From NCBI RefSeq assembly GCF_963676685.1, contig NC_092351.1:27714001-27778000 (forward strand): a stretch of DNA of 64,000 nt, written 5' to 3'. The position numbers and the translations under genes were made by a program. Position 1 is the stretch's first letter, and each line of letters begins with the position of its first letter. The notes beneath the pieces are model-generated. The model worked only from the letters and a program-made list of their open reading frames with translations, ran no database searches and had not been told where the DNA came from. The stretch comes from Mytilus edulis. Taxonomy: Eukaryota. Positions 14,501 to 29,500 of the stretch are shown one piece after another.

Positions 14501-17500
14501 TTGTCTACTGCATCAGTATGCTTGAATAATTCCGCTCTCGTCTACTTTCTATTTAAAAAAATCTTTTGGCATCCTCTGGTTTTATCGTAATCCAACGCTT
14601 CTTCAATCATTTATTGGCTGATGTAATAATTACCAGAAAGGAGTATGAGCTTTGCTCATTGTTGAAGGCCGTACGATGACCTATAGTTGTTAATTTCTGT
14701 GTCATTTTGGTCCATTGTGGAGAGTTGTTTCATTAGCAATCATACCACATCTTCTTTTTTTATATTGTCAGATTGTTGTATGCTTCGTATTAACTCGCGA
14801 TCTGTTTTTAATCATGCACGACAAAAAATGTTAAAATACTGTCAAGAGCAAATTTTATGTTCCAAAATAAGTTTCTTCCCACAAGCCTTTATAAAGAAGC
14901 ATTACATATATATGTATATGATAATTGATATTTCATTTGAGCATTTACTTATTCATTTTTGTATTCAGATTTTAATTGATGCTGGAAGCGACTCAATTTT
15001 CATTGTATAAGTAATACCGCCATAAAGACCTTATTTTTCAATGATATTTCAAATAAACCATTTTATGCAAATATCATATGTAGTGTATTATGGAGCACCT
15101 GAGATCACCCCTAGTTTTTGGTGGGGTTCGTGTTGTTTATTCTTTAGTTTTCTATGTTGTGTCGTGTGTACTATTGTTTTTCTGTTTTTCTGTTTGTCTT
15201 TTTCATTTTTAGCCATGGCGTTGTCAGTTTGTTTTAGATTTATGAGTTTGACTGTCCCTTTGGTATCTTTCGTCCCCCCTTTTTTTTTTTAAAGATATCC
15301 ACAAGTGAAATAAATCAAAATGATATAAAGATTCGAAGCATAAGGATGATAGACGCATGCATTCTTTTTGTAAAATGGAGTTACCTGTGATTATTGAAAT
15401 ATGCCTTCTGTATCATGTACTTTTGTCTGATCTTTTAACCAATAGGATAAATAAATAGGGTATTTTAATTTAAAATTCAAATTTCACAATTTCTTTCTAC
15501 TTGGTTTACTTAATAACAGCTTGAATCGTTATTAAGTTAGATTTCGAACGAAAATGTCAGCAGTGACACATTTTTACAATTAAGCGAGCAATTTAGAGAA
15601 TAAATGTGCTTCCTAATGATCGATGTGAAAGTGTTCATTCTTCTGGACAGGAAAAATGAACAAGAAAGTTTGTCATGTCACGATGTGACAGGAAGTTGCT
15701 GCTAAGAACTCTTAACTCTGTAGCAATTTATTGACATAAGATGAAAAATGAAGTCACAAACGTTCTATTGACGAAAGATTGTCAGGCTATGTAACATGAT
15801 TGTTACATTTGTTGATCAAATGTATTCGTGTACTTTGTAGTGTTTACTGATGTTGCTTTGAACACGATAAAAATAAATGTTCGTTAATGCTTGTAAAGAA
15901 TTTCTTTGGAATAAATTTGAACAGAGGTGGAGAGGTTTAGTTAGTATAATGTGTCTAGCTAGCTGTCTATAATTGCAAATAAATTAACGGTATTTATAAA
16001 TGAATACATTGTTATACCTCTTTCATCCTGTTTCCGAACAAATGCGCTTTAAACAGTACTGTGCAGTTAAATTGTTCAAATCTTATATCTCAATTATTGT
16101 TTGAAATGACTGTAAGCCAGATAAATTATTAAGACTGAAGGTAATATTTCAACGCCTGCAAACATGTTCTAGCCAGTTTCTAATTATGGATTGAATAGTT
16201 TTTTAATGTGATTCTCACAAACACTGTACTTTTCTTCAGACATATAAAGGTTAACTTAGCATAAAATAAATACGTGTGTCCTTAGACAACATCAGCTATT
16301 TGGATTCATGGCCTTAGCTTGTGCGCTTTCTTTGAGTTTAAAAAAAAATATGTTGGTCTCGATTATTATAGTCAAAGACTATATATAAAAAGAAGATGTG
16401 GTATGATTGCCAATGAGACAACTCTCCACAAGAGACCAAAATGACACAGAAATTAACAACTATAGATCACCGTACGGCCTTCAACAATGAGCAAAGCCAA
16501 TACCGCATAGTCCGCTACACTAGGCCCCGAAATGACAATGTAAAACAATTCAAACGAGAAAACTGACGGCCTTATTTATATTTATATATAAAAAAAAATG
16601 AATAGTATGTTAGCATATTGAAAAGTTCATGTATATATTACAGAAAAAAGTAATTGACATAAACATATTTATTTTACGTATGAACTAGGTTAATAATCTG
16701 TAAAAGTAAGTTTGAAGTTTGCAAAAAAATAATCTCGACCCACAGCTAGGGAAATATCTTACTTTTTATGTTATACATCTTTTTTTTTCAAATATTTCTT
16801 GTAGCACCAGAATATTGGGGCAAATTACACGGCAAGGAATGGGATCTATGCAAAAGTGGCAAACACCAATCTCCTATAGCAATAGATCCTAGTTTATTAT
16901 TGTTTGATCCAAACTTAACGAATCTGCATATCAATACAGCTAATGTAAGTATATCATATAACAAAAATTAATTTATAATGAGACTGGGGAATATTTCAAA
17001 AAGACAACACCCCGACCAAACGACAGAAAACAACCGAAGGTCACCAATGGGTCTTAAACACCGTGAGAAAATACCACAGACCATTAATCTAAAGTTTTGC
17101 TGCAGTTAGTGCACTTTTCTAGACTAACCCTGACAAGGCTCATTCTGATTTCCTATTGCTAATTTTCAGATTTCGGACGGTGATATTCCTCGGCTTTTGT
17201 CTTACGGTGTTAATATAAAATACCTATTCATTTGTTATTTTCATTTCTGTAAGGGCGTTATAGATTTCAAATATATGATAATCTATGTATTATTTGTAAA
17301 TTATCAAGTCAGGGTTTCGCTACCACAATTTGAATAACATTCTTTATTGAATTATTTCATAATTTCAAAGATTTGGCTAAGCAATTTTACAGAACCAGTA
17401 GAAAACTTATAACAAAAGAGAGGCGATAGAGACATTCAAACTAATGAGTCGAAAACAAAATGACAATGTCATGGCTTAAAAAGAAAAAACCAAACAGATG

Positions 17501-20500
17501 AACAACAATACACACAACACAACATAGAAAACTAAAAACTGAGCAACATAAACACCACCAAAAGTTGGTGGCGATCTCAGGTAGATCCTGCTCTACATGT
17601 TATATCCGTCGTGTTACCCAGTAACAAGGACAAACGGATGTTACATACAATTATGTCTCTAAAACCAGAGGCATCTGTTTGTCAGTGAAACCAAAATGTT
17701 GACATCGTATTGCTTTTTTGTGTCTTTGAGTTGTTGTTAATTTGATGTGTACTCAACTTATCCATATGTAGTTTTAATCCTAATACATTTACATAAATAT
17801 ATGATTTAAGGTTAATGGAAGATTAGAAACGAATGGATTAGATATTACATTTAGTTTAGACGAAGACACACAACACTTATTTAATATAACCGGAGGTCCG
17901 CTCTCATATTCGTATAAAATTACAGATGTGAAATTTCACTATGGGATCAAAGGTTATGCTGGATCTGAACATAAGATTGGAAACAGGACATTTCCAGCTG
18001 AGGTAATAATGCAAAAAGGAATAAGAATATTAAATTTTCACCCAGTGATCATTGAGATACTTACTTGTTCATCGTTCTCGAGTTCGTACTCAATAAACCG
18101 CATTGGTAAACATATGTTTCCGTATTGGTTGCTCCAAAAACGTTCAAATACTTTTTAATGTTTTCTTATTGGACAATGTACTTTTGTTTTGTCATATATT
18201 AAGTCCACTCTTATGGTAAAAAAGAAAGAAATTCAAAACCAAAATTTAATAACATAAAAACTAACAACCATTAATAAAACAAAGCAACACGAAACAGGAA
18301 ACTGAAAATGTAGCAATAAGAACCATTTTACTAACAGGGGTACAGTAGGACAACCGGAAGCGCCTGAGTAAGGATTTCGGTGCTAAGTGATACGGTTCAC
18401 TAGACGGTAAGTTCCAGGTATTGACATCAGATTTCCACCACCTAACCCTTGTAAATGTACAATAAGTCGTTTTTGGTTTGCGCTAGAATAAAATGTTCTA
18501 TTTGTGCCTCAATAAAATATTTCATTTGGATAAAAATGAAAATATATTCTACTTGCGCCTGCAATGCGCAAATAATACAGACTAGTACGAGTATAAAATT
18601 GAGAATGGAAATGGAGTATGTGTCAAAGAGAAAACAACCCGACCATAGAGCAGACAACAGCGTAATGCCAACAATGGGTCTTCAATGCCCGCACCCGGAG
18701 ACATTCTTCACCTGGCCCCTAAATAAATATGTTACTAGTTCAGTGACAATGGGCGTCATACTAAACTCCGAATTATACACAAGAAACTAAAAAGACTAAC
18801 AATGGCCGGAGTCTCCTGACTTGGGACAGGATCCTCTTGTATGCATGTACTATATATGCGCTAATTAGTTTGGGATAAAAAAGAAAAAAATTGTTTGCAA
18901 CACTTTTGTAAGCCTTTATTAAATATTAACCTCATCAATGAATAGATGAAGGTAGCATATATACGGTGTAGATCGATGATTTCACAAAAATTAAGTAGTC
19001 AGATAAAAAAAAAACGTTTGTAGTTTCTGCTTGCATAATATAAGTGTTCAGAAAGGTTTTGCAATCGTCCTCGAAGTTCAGTTTTTTTGTGATTTTACTT
19101 CTCGACTTGCAAAAAAACATGGGACTCAACCAACACGGACATAGCTTTGTCATGCACATTTAATAAATATAAGCATGAATGTGTGTTTGTATATCCTGCA
19201 AAACCGAATGGAAGCACTACTTTGTCAAGAATTCACTGCAGTACAGGAGAAGTCAAGAGCTGACCCTATTTTCGTGCCTCGTGCAAGTCTTTGGTTCTAG
19301 ACGATTTAGAGCACTCATATGCATACAATATAGGGGTAAATTGTTGAAAATCTGGTTACATTGTGCCTCAAAATTCTGCAGAACGATATTCCTACAATCA
19401 CTGTTGTTTGTCTTTTCTTTTTTATTGGCAAAGGCGTTTTTCGACTTATGTGTGAATTGTTCTTTGATATTTTTTGCCTCTTTTTATCATGCCGTTAAGT
19501 TAAAAGTAATTGAAATTAGTATACAATAAAACACTTTAAATAAAGGTGGTTAAAATTGAAAGAGAAACAGAAAGAGGGGGTATTATGTTTTGCTGCTCAA
19601 TTTTCTAAACCATAGCAATTACGGTTGGAAATAGGCCCATAGCAGATATATATGCATATTTAAAGAGCTCCTTGTAATAATAAGACTTTCTGTTGTCTCT
19701 TTGCTAAATAATCAATACATTTTAATCACTTGGATGAGTAAGTTACTACTAATGAAAGTCATATATTATTCTCAGACATGATTTCAATTTTCAAGTCAAT
19801 TAATATCACTGGAAATAGTTTTTGTATTAAATTCAAACTGTACGCTGATTACAAAGTTCATATCTTCAATAGCTAACGGGTATCATACATGGTAGATTGT
19901 TCCTGAATGAGTTATTATAACTTAACATGTCTCACTTTTCATTGGTTTTCTCGCATATACGGAAGTTCAGATAAATGGGATAAACGTCTGTATTGGTAAA
20001 AAGGGGAACATTTTAATCATAAATCCTAATTAGCTTTTGAAACAAAGCACATTTTATAAAATTAAAATTTATTACTCAATTTATTTGTTTTTTGATATAA
20101 AATAGAAATGTCGTAATTACTAAATTAATTAGTATTTTATATTTTACTTCCTGTTTTTATCGTAAATCGAAAAGTATGCCATGATTTCAATGCTTTATAC
20201 ACAAACATGAGGCTATTAGATTCTCAGACCTGTTATGTATAACTTTTGGCATTTCTGATGGCAACATAAAAACATAATGATTTTTTTTCATTCTTCTTTT
20301 TAATCGTATATAGGTACACATGATAGGATACAACGACGACGTATATAAAAGTAAACCCGAGGCAGAGATTGGTGCTAAAGGAATAGTAATTATAGCTGTT
20401 TTTCTAGAGGTATGTTTCATTTGACATTATAATTATTTGAAAACAGACATGTTGAAAACCTTAAACTGGATTTACTGGTAGATGAACAAATTTAAAGATG

Positions 20501-23500
20501 CTAATTTTTGAAGGTCGTACGGTGACCTATAGTTGTTAATTTATGTGTCTTTTGTTCTCTATGAAGAGTTGTCTCATTGGCAATCATACCACGTCTTCTT
20601 TTTTATAAAGGTACAATACAAAAATCAAGAACTATCATCATTTACATGCATTATGAAATTTTTATCACTTCTACATTCTTTCTGGGTGCGGGATTTTCGC
20701 TTCGTTGAAGACCCATTGGTGATCTTGGGCTCTTTCAGCTCTTTGGTCGTATTGCAGAGTCGTATTGTATTTTTTTTTAACAAATTCCTCAATTCTGTTC
20801 TTACAAATGTAATTGTCACCCGGGATCCTGTATACGGTTCTATATGTCAAGGGGTTTATTCATTGTTGCACACGGTACGGAGACCAGTCACAGAAACTGA
20901 GCTTTGGTCGTGAATGGATAGTTATGTTGCAATTTATCGCGCACCCTTATTATTATACAAGTGATTGAATTACACTGAAACAAGCAAAAACAAAATCAAA
21001 AATACAGACTAAACCTTAAATTCGATAATAGGAAAATCTTTACAAAGATTGAAGTAGTATTTGTATCAACAGAAAAGAAAACAGAATGGTTGTCATAGTC
21101 TTACCAATATACATGTTACTAATTAATAATTAAATATCTGCTTGCCCTTCCGGAGCACATGAGCTCACCCCTTGTATTTGGTAGGATTCGTGTAGCTTAA
21201 TCTTTAGTTTTCTATGTTGTGTCTTAGGTACTATTATTTGTCTCTTCTCTTTTTAGCTATGTCGCCCCTCTTCTTTAATAACATAGTCATGTACTTGCTT
21301 CAATTGTTTTGTTGTAGATTGGAAGCAAACCTAACTATGCAATGGACGAAATTGTAGATCATCTTCCTGGCATGAGAAAAACAGGTATAATTTTCGATTC
21401 CTCTGCCTTAAAATGTTTCTAAACATATAATAGAAGTTAAGGTAGAGAAATTCTTAGGACACCGATTCATGATTTTTAAGAACACTAAGTATATAGAGTA
21501 AATTTAACAACTCGTTTGTTACTTATCATAATACCACAGAGACTAGAATATAATTAGTCGCATGATTATGATGTAACAAGATCAGAGATAAGATTGGTAT
21601 CTAAGCATTACTTAGTATGACTAACTAGTAGCCCTTTCATTCTAAATACCCATGTATAATTCAAAAAGAAATGTAATTTCGCAGACAATACTGTTTGGTG
21701 TAAATGAACAGAAACATATATTAGACCAACTGCATGGAAACTACTTAACTCTACTTTACGCTATATAGATGATGTTCTTTCACTAAATAATTCAAAAATT
21801 GGCGACTACATGTATGTTGAACGCACCTATCCCATCTAACTAGAGATAAAGGATACAAAAGATACAGTTAAGTCGGCCTCATATCTTGACTTACATCTAG
21901 AAATTGACAATGAGGGTCGGTTGAAAACAAAACTTTACGACAAAAGAGATGATTTCAGCTTTCCAATTGTGAATTTTCCATTTCTAAGTAGCAAAATTCC
22001 AGCAGTCCCTGCATACGGGGTATATATCTACCAATTGACACGATATTCCCGTTCGTGCATTTACTATTATGATTTTCTTGATAGAGGGTTGCTGATCACA
22101 AGGAAACTATTAAACAAAAAGTTCAACTTCCAAATGGTGAAATTGAAATCATCCCTTCGTAACTTTTACGGACGCCATCACGAGTTGGTTTACCGTTATG
22201 AAATAACCGTTTCACAAATGATATCGAATATGTTCCTTACGCCGCAACTACAATCCCCTTCCCTTTCATGAATGTGACCTACCGAATAAGACTATTCACC
22301 GGATTTGTTCTAACATGAGCAACACGATGGGTGTCACATGTGGAGCAGGATCTTCTTACCCTTCCGGAGCACCTGAGATCAACCCTAGTTTTTGGTGGGG
22401 TTCGTGTTGCTTATTTTTAAGTTTTCTATGTTGTGTCATGTGAACTATTGTTTGTCTGTTTGTCTTTTTCATTTTTAGCCATAGTGTTGTCAGTTTATTT
22501 TCGATTTATGAGTTTGACTGTCCCTCTGGTAACTTTCGTCCCTCTTTTACGAGTAAAGCGTCTAAATTGTCATACGGCTTCACTTCAAACACTGTCATGC
22601 AAGTTTAAAGTATGTTAAAAAAATTTATTCTCTCAATTTAATAACTTCAATATTTCAGATTACAAAGATATGAACACAGTTTACGGTAAGTTAAAGTTAT
22701 TTTAAAATCTGTCCTACTAAAAATGCAAAAATATTATCGAGAAGAATATATTCTTCGTGTTTTAATTCTAAACAAGTATAAAATCTTCCATACGCTATAT
22801 TCTGCAATATTTTTTGTGCTAAATATTCTTTATTTAATCATATTCATTCTATGTTTCAAAGGTATACAAATTAAATAAAACAACAATATTATGTCAAATC
22901 ATTCATGATCCTTACTGTAGAATATTTTTATTTTTTAGAGAAATTTATTAATTCTTGGGATCTATCTCATCTCCTACCAAATACAGACCAATATATTACA
23001 TACGAGGGTTCATTTACTCAGCCTGGCTGTCAGGAGACTGTCACATGGATAATATACAATAAACCAGTATATGTCTCAGAAAACCAGGTATATCACATAG
23101 ATAATATACAATAAACCAGTATATGTCTCAGAAAACCAGGTATGTCGTGTGGATAATATACAATAAACCAGTATATGTCTCAGAAAACCAGGTATGTCAC
23201 ATGGATAATATACAATAAACCAGTATATGTCTCAGAAAACCAGGTATGTCACATGGATTATATACAATAAACCAGTATATGTCTCAGAAAACCAGGTATG
23301 TCGTGTGGATAATATACAACAAACCAGTATATGTCTCAGAAAACCAGGTATGTCACATGGATAATATCCAAAAACCAGTATATGTCTCCGAAAACCAGGT
23401 ATGTCACATGGATAATATACAATAAACCAGTATATGTCTCAGAAAACCAGGTATGTAACATGGATAATATACAATAAACCAGTATATGTCTCAGTAAACC

Positions 23501-26500
23501 AGGTATGTCACATGGATAATATACAATAAACCAGTATATGTCTCAGAAAACCAGGTATGTCACATGGATAATATACAATAAACCAGTATATGTCTCAGAA
23601 AACCAGGTATGTCACCTGGATAATATACAATAAACCAGTATATGTCTCAGAAAACCAGGTATGTCACCTGGATAACATACAATAAACCAGTATATGTCTC
23701 AGAAAACCAGGTATGTCACATGGATAATATACAATATTAAATTACTCTGGTAATATGTTATCTCGTGGCTCTCTGTACTTTTACATCCGGTTATTGTGCT
23801 ATTGTTTTCTAGATTAAAACACAATGTTGATTGCTGTACCCATATTTTTGATATTTTTACTTATTATGACTGTTTGTTTTGTTCACACATCGTTGCCACT
23901 ATAAAGGTGTTTGATGCGACTGCCATACAAGTGAAAGGCTTAGCTAGTTTTAAAACAAGGTTTAATCCACCATTTTCTACAAAAAGAAAATGCCTGTACC
24001 AAGGCAGAAATATGACGGGTTTGATCCATTCGTTTGATGTGTTTGAGCTTTTGATTAGTACATTTGATTAGGGACTTTTCTTTTGAATTTTTCTCAGGGT
24101 TCAGCTTTTTTTTTTTTCACAATAAAAAATCTCCTTGTAGTGTTATATCGTCGTATAATTACAGAAAAATTCAAATACCTGGTACTATATATTAATATTT
24201 AATGACAGGCGACATAGACGCGGTATTAAAATATAGCTGTCGTACAAACTGTCTGTATTGCTTAAAATCTTGACAGATACATTTAATTCATTTAAAAGAA
24301 ACAACATATGCTGAAAGTTATTTGCAATGCATTCTATGCAAATGTAATTCATAATGGCTATCATACATGGACACAGACAGTTTTTATCTGAATATTTAGC
24401 CTAAATAAAAAGCACAAGCTATCATGATGTTTTGTTTTGATTTGAAAAAATAATTGATGGCATTTCTTTATCATTTACCAACATGCTTCTATTTTTAAAA
24501 TCACTTGCTGTATAAAATAATTCGAAACTAACATTGCATCTTCGAATTGATTTTAAAAGGGTGAAATGTCGAGACGCAAATAGCGACAACATTTAATACT
24601 AATCATTTAATGAAGTTGCATCCACCAGTAGTCAGTAGACAGGTTTATCTTTCAGCTTGACTTATTACGAACTCATGGTAAAGGTGATTGGAATTATAAA
24701 AACACACGACCAGTTCAGTCCATTAATCAGAGAGCTGTTCGAACGAATATAAATTTTAAATCAAAGGTAAGATTAAAGAAAGCTTGTTTTGTTCATTAAT
24801 TAGTTAACTTACATGGTTTCTTCACCAGAGATGTTTTTATTACTTTTATTTTGTATGGCCATTATTACAGTTGTTTGATTAAATCGTTGAAATACTACAG
24901 ATGTATGTTCATACTTTTATTTTTTACGGTTAAACATGCATGATAAATCTCGACCATCAAAAATCTGATCTTTGATTCTATGCATCAATTGTCCCATTTT
25001 GAGCAAGTCAAACAAACGTTCGTGTAATGGAAAACGGCTTTACCTAACTAACACGCAATCAGTATTAAAAAGAAACTGAACTTTTTGTATTGAGTTGATA
25101 AATAATTGGATAGTTGGGAAACTTTTCAGTGATACGAATATTTCACAGAAGAGATACTACTGAAAAACGTAAATATGTTGAAGCAAAAAATATTAAATAA
25201 ATTTTGACTATTTTAGTTCATTTATATGTTTTGGAGTTTAGTATGACGTCCCTTTTTACTGAACTAGTAGACATTTTTATGAAGGGATCAGCTCAGGCCC
25301 ACTCCCGGTTGTACGATTATTCCGCTGCGTTAATATATGTTGGTTGCATTTGGCTGTTATCTAATCTTTAATTGGGTTGTTGTCTATTTGACATATTCCC
25401 AATTTTCATTCTCAATTTTATCTTGATGTCCGAGGCTTCATGTATGAAATACAATAGCTCACTCTAATCTCTATTGTATTTGGCTTTCCAGTTCTAAGCT
25501 TTATCATACGTGATGAAGGTTAATTGATGAATTAGACATATTTACGAATTTTGTATTGATATCAATTTGCTTGGACGTACCCTAGATCTGTCACCAAATA
25601 ACTTTTTGACGTCACAAAACAATCACGTTTTTGATAATTGCGTCAATGTATCAAATTGTGAAAAATGTTTTGTTGGAAATCTGTTTGACTTTGAGTAATG
25701 GCGGACTAATTTCGTACAAGTGTAAAAAGTAGAATAAAAAAATACCAAGTTCCAGGCAAAATTCACAGCTGAAAGTGAAAGTCCTCAAAATCAAAACCTC
25801 AACATATCAAACAATGAAAAATAACTGTCACATTCCTTAATTGGTACATTTATTTTCTATATATTCAAAGGTGAATGAATATAAATAAGATGTTGTATAA
25901 GTGCCAATGAGACAACTCTCCATCAAAAATACAATGAACAAATGTTAAAAAGGTAAAACAATATATAGATTAAAGTACGGCCTTGAACACAGAGCCTAAG
26001 TTCCCACCTGACAGCAAGCTATAATGGGCCCAAAATTACCTTAATGCAACTATTCCAACAGTAGAACCCACAGTTTAACCTATATGAAAATCGAGAAACA
26101 GGAAACACATATAAACCACACCAACAAACGACAATCACTGAACACCGGGCTCCTCACTTAGGAAAGGTGCATAAACATGCAAACCTGGTTTTGTAGCTAG
26201 ACTTTTTACTTTAAATGGGTCTATTCGTTGGACACACCGTATTTCGAAAATGTTACCTGCATTTTCACTATCAAAGGCGTTCTTAATGAGAAATGAATAT
26301 ATATCTCATTTGAAACTTAGGCATTGACCGATTTGTTATTTTGGTAAATTGCAATTTTGAATAATGAAATGATACATTTAAGTTCAGCACATGTCTCTTT
26401 GGTTCAAAGTAAAAAAATATTTCATTCAAAATCAACTCTTACTTTTTAATTCTAAAGAAAAATATTTTTCAATGTAAGATTTTCTAAAATGGATAAAGAT

Positions 26501-29500
26501 ATCTTTGTGGAAACAAACTGTATGAATTTCTTTTTCTTGACATTCAGCTACTTATTTACATAACCTGATAAACTAATATGAAAGAATTTAACATGGATTC
26601 TTTCAAAATCTTAAAAGTTTCATCTCTCTTAGGAAAACAGATAAACCCTCTATATGCTCCATCAAGACATTACTAAATGGCAACTAGTAATTTATTGGAT
26701 GCAAAAACAGAGCCTTAGATCCAGGATTAAAACACAGTATATTAATGAGTTGATAAAATTGAACTGTTTAGTTACCATATCTAGATTGAAGTAAATCTCG
26801 CATTTAATGGCATGGCTATATCGCAGTCACATGCAAATAACCAGTAGTATTTAGTTGAATAATCTGGTTAAAAGTAGGAACATACTGATTTTATACGTGA
26901 GAATCTGAGGAGTTCCTATTATATTACTGCTATCCTCTTTTCCTCATTATGAAATCACTGAATAATTTATCATTAAAAATTTTCTGCCCTGAGTATTGTT
27001 GACTGATTTTGGACTTTTCGTCTTTTTTACCATTGTTTTTTCTTATTTTCTTATAATGTGTTTTGTTTATCAATTTGGTATTTGTTTAATCGTTTTTTGT
27101 ATATATTATGTAAAAAGTGTTATTATACAATTATTGACTTTTGATGAGGTTCATACAATGATTTATCACCTTAGAGATACGATAATCATCGAGGCCAAAG
27201 TGAATATCATATTTCTGCCGTTGATAAATCATTGTATCAACTGAAATCTAAAGGCAACAATTGTGTATTATAAGAAGTTCTATCCTCAAGATACTGTAAA
27301 ACTGCTGCCTGCTTTATACTAAATATATCATGTGCTTTTGCAGTTGTTAATATTCAAAAGTCGAATGATTTTCAAAAAAGTTTACTAAAAACAAATACAT
27401 TAAAAACAAGAAGAAAAGAAAAAATACATCGAAAGAAAGAAGAAGAAAGAAAAGAACTGGAATTTACTTGACGTCATAAACCTAGCTACGACATTGACGT
27501 TGCATGGGAAAATCTATATTTGGGTATAGGGACGCTGTTCTAAATCTTATATTAACCTCTCGTGAGTTTTTGCCGCGGTGAATAAAACGTTTTATCAAAA
27601 AGGATTTCCTATGCTTTTAGCCAATGAGGAAACAGAAAATTGATTGTCACATAATAAAACAAAATAACGAACTCTAAGGAATAACGGAAAGTTCGTCGTC
27701 AAATGGCAAAATTAAACGCTCAAACGCATCAAACGCATGAATAACAACTGTCATATTCCTGACTTGGTACAGACATTTTCTTATGCAGAAAAGGGTGGAT
27801 AGCTAACTAAACCTAATACTTGTATGACAGTTGCATACAATTCCATTATATCGACAAGGCTGTGTGAACAAAATTAACAGATATCTAAGGTTAAAATGTC
27901 AAGAATATGGGTACAGCAGTAATTATTCTGTTATATTTTTAATCAGTGTAAAATCAAAAACAAATATGTAACAAAGAAACACATAAATGCATTTACATTC
28001 AGATATCGCAGATCAAATTTATTCGTTCATAGTATATTAATTTACGCTTTTTTGATTGAGTTAAGCCTGCCAATTGATATTTTATCGTATGTTTTTCTAT
28101 GTTGTGATGTTATGCTATTGTTTCAGAAAAAGGGAGAAGGTTTGGTACCATTAAAACGTTTAATCCCGCTGCAAATGTTTGCACCTGTCAGGAATCTGAT
28201 GTACACTACTTGTCGTTTGTTTATGTAATTTATACGTGTTTCTCGTTTCTCGTTTTTTTTTATATAGATAAGACCGTTGGTTTTTCTCGTTTGAATGGTT
28301 TTACACTAGTAATTTTGGGGCCCTTTATAGCTTGTTGTTCGGTGTGAGCCAAGGCTCCGGGGTGAAGGCCGTACATTGACCTATAATGGTTTACTTTTTT
28401 AAATTGTTATTTGGATGGAGATTTGTCTAATTGGCACTCACACCACATCTTTCTATATCTTTATAGACGAAGCACGTTAACAAAAATGAAAAACAAGAAT
28501 ACAAACATTTTACCATGAGACAAAAAATGGGGAAAAAATATAATACACGTACGAATTCTAGTTAATGATGCATCAAAATTTATATAATTAATAAAAGGAT
28601 GATGATGTGTGATAACAATTGTGACATCTACACACAAAAAGAGTCAAAAGTTAAATAAGTTATCAAATATATGTCATTGTACGACCTTTACCAAGTCCAT
28701 ACCAACTATCAATTGTAAAATACCTCGGATACCAATATTTTAAACAATACAAAGTCAGAGAAAGCTAACCACCAGATGTAAGCTTATAACATTAATCGAA
28801 TAACAGTGATGCGGTATGGGCTTTACTCATTGTTAAAGGCCGTACGGTGACCTATAATTGTTAATTTCTGTGTCATTTTGGTTTCTTGTCGAGAGTTGTC
28901 TCATTGGCAATCATACCACATCTTTTATTTTCTATGACACACGGCAACTGATACATGACATCTTCTGCTACAAATTAAACGTAAGAATTTATTTGTTTAT
29001 TTTTACAGTCTCGATTTTGCTCAATGGAGAGAAAAGTGAATTACAAAGGTGAGTATCGAGAAGAGATTTAAGTAATGTTCAGTTGATTACATGGTTTACA
29101 ATTAATTTTTTAAACCTCTAGTGAAAAATGTTTAAAGAGTAATCGAAAATAAACTGACGCGCCATGGCTAAAAAAGAAAAAGTCAAACAGATAATTCATA
29201 GAAATTGAAAATTCACCATTTGGAAACTGAAATAGTCTCTTTTGTTATTAAGATTTGTTTTCAATCTACCCTCATTGTCATTTTCTAGGTGTAAGTCAAA
29301 AAATGAGGCAGACTTGTGACTGTATCTGTTGTATCCAGCTCTATCTCTAGTTCGGTTGGATAGATGCGTTTAACATCGTCACCAAATTTTGAATTATTTA
29401 GTGAGTGAACATCATCTATATAGTGGACATTAAAGTTAAAGGATATTGGTAACTTCTTTTCCTTTTTCCTAAGAAGTTTCTGTATGGTTTAAGTTACCTT

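Noticed and set aside
23039-23736. CRISPR-like array (also considered for 3034-3405)
   Set aside because: No unique spacers, eukaryotic context, no cas genes.
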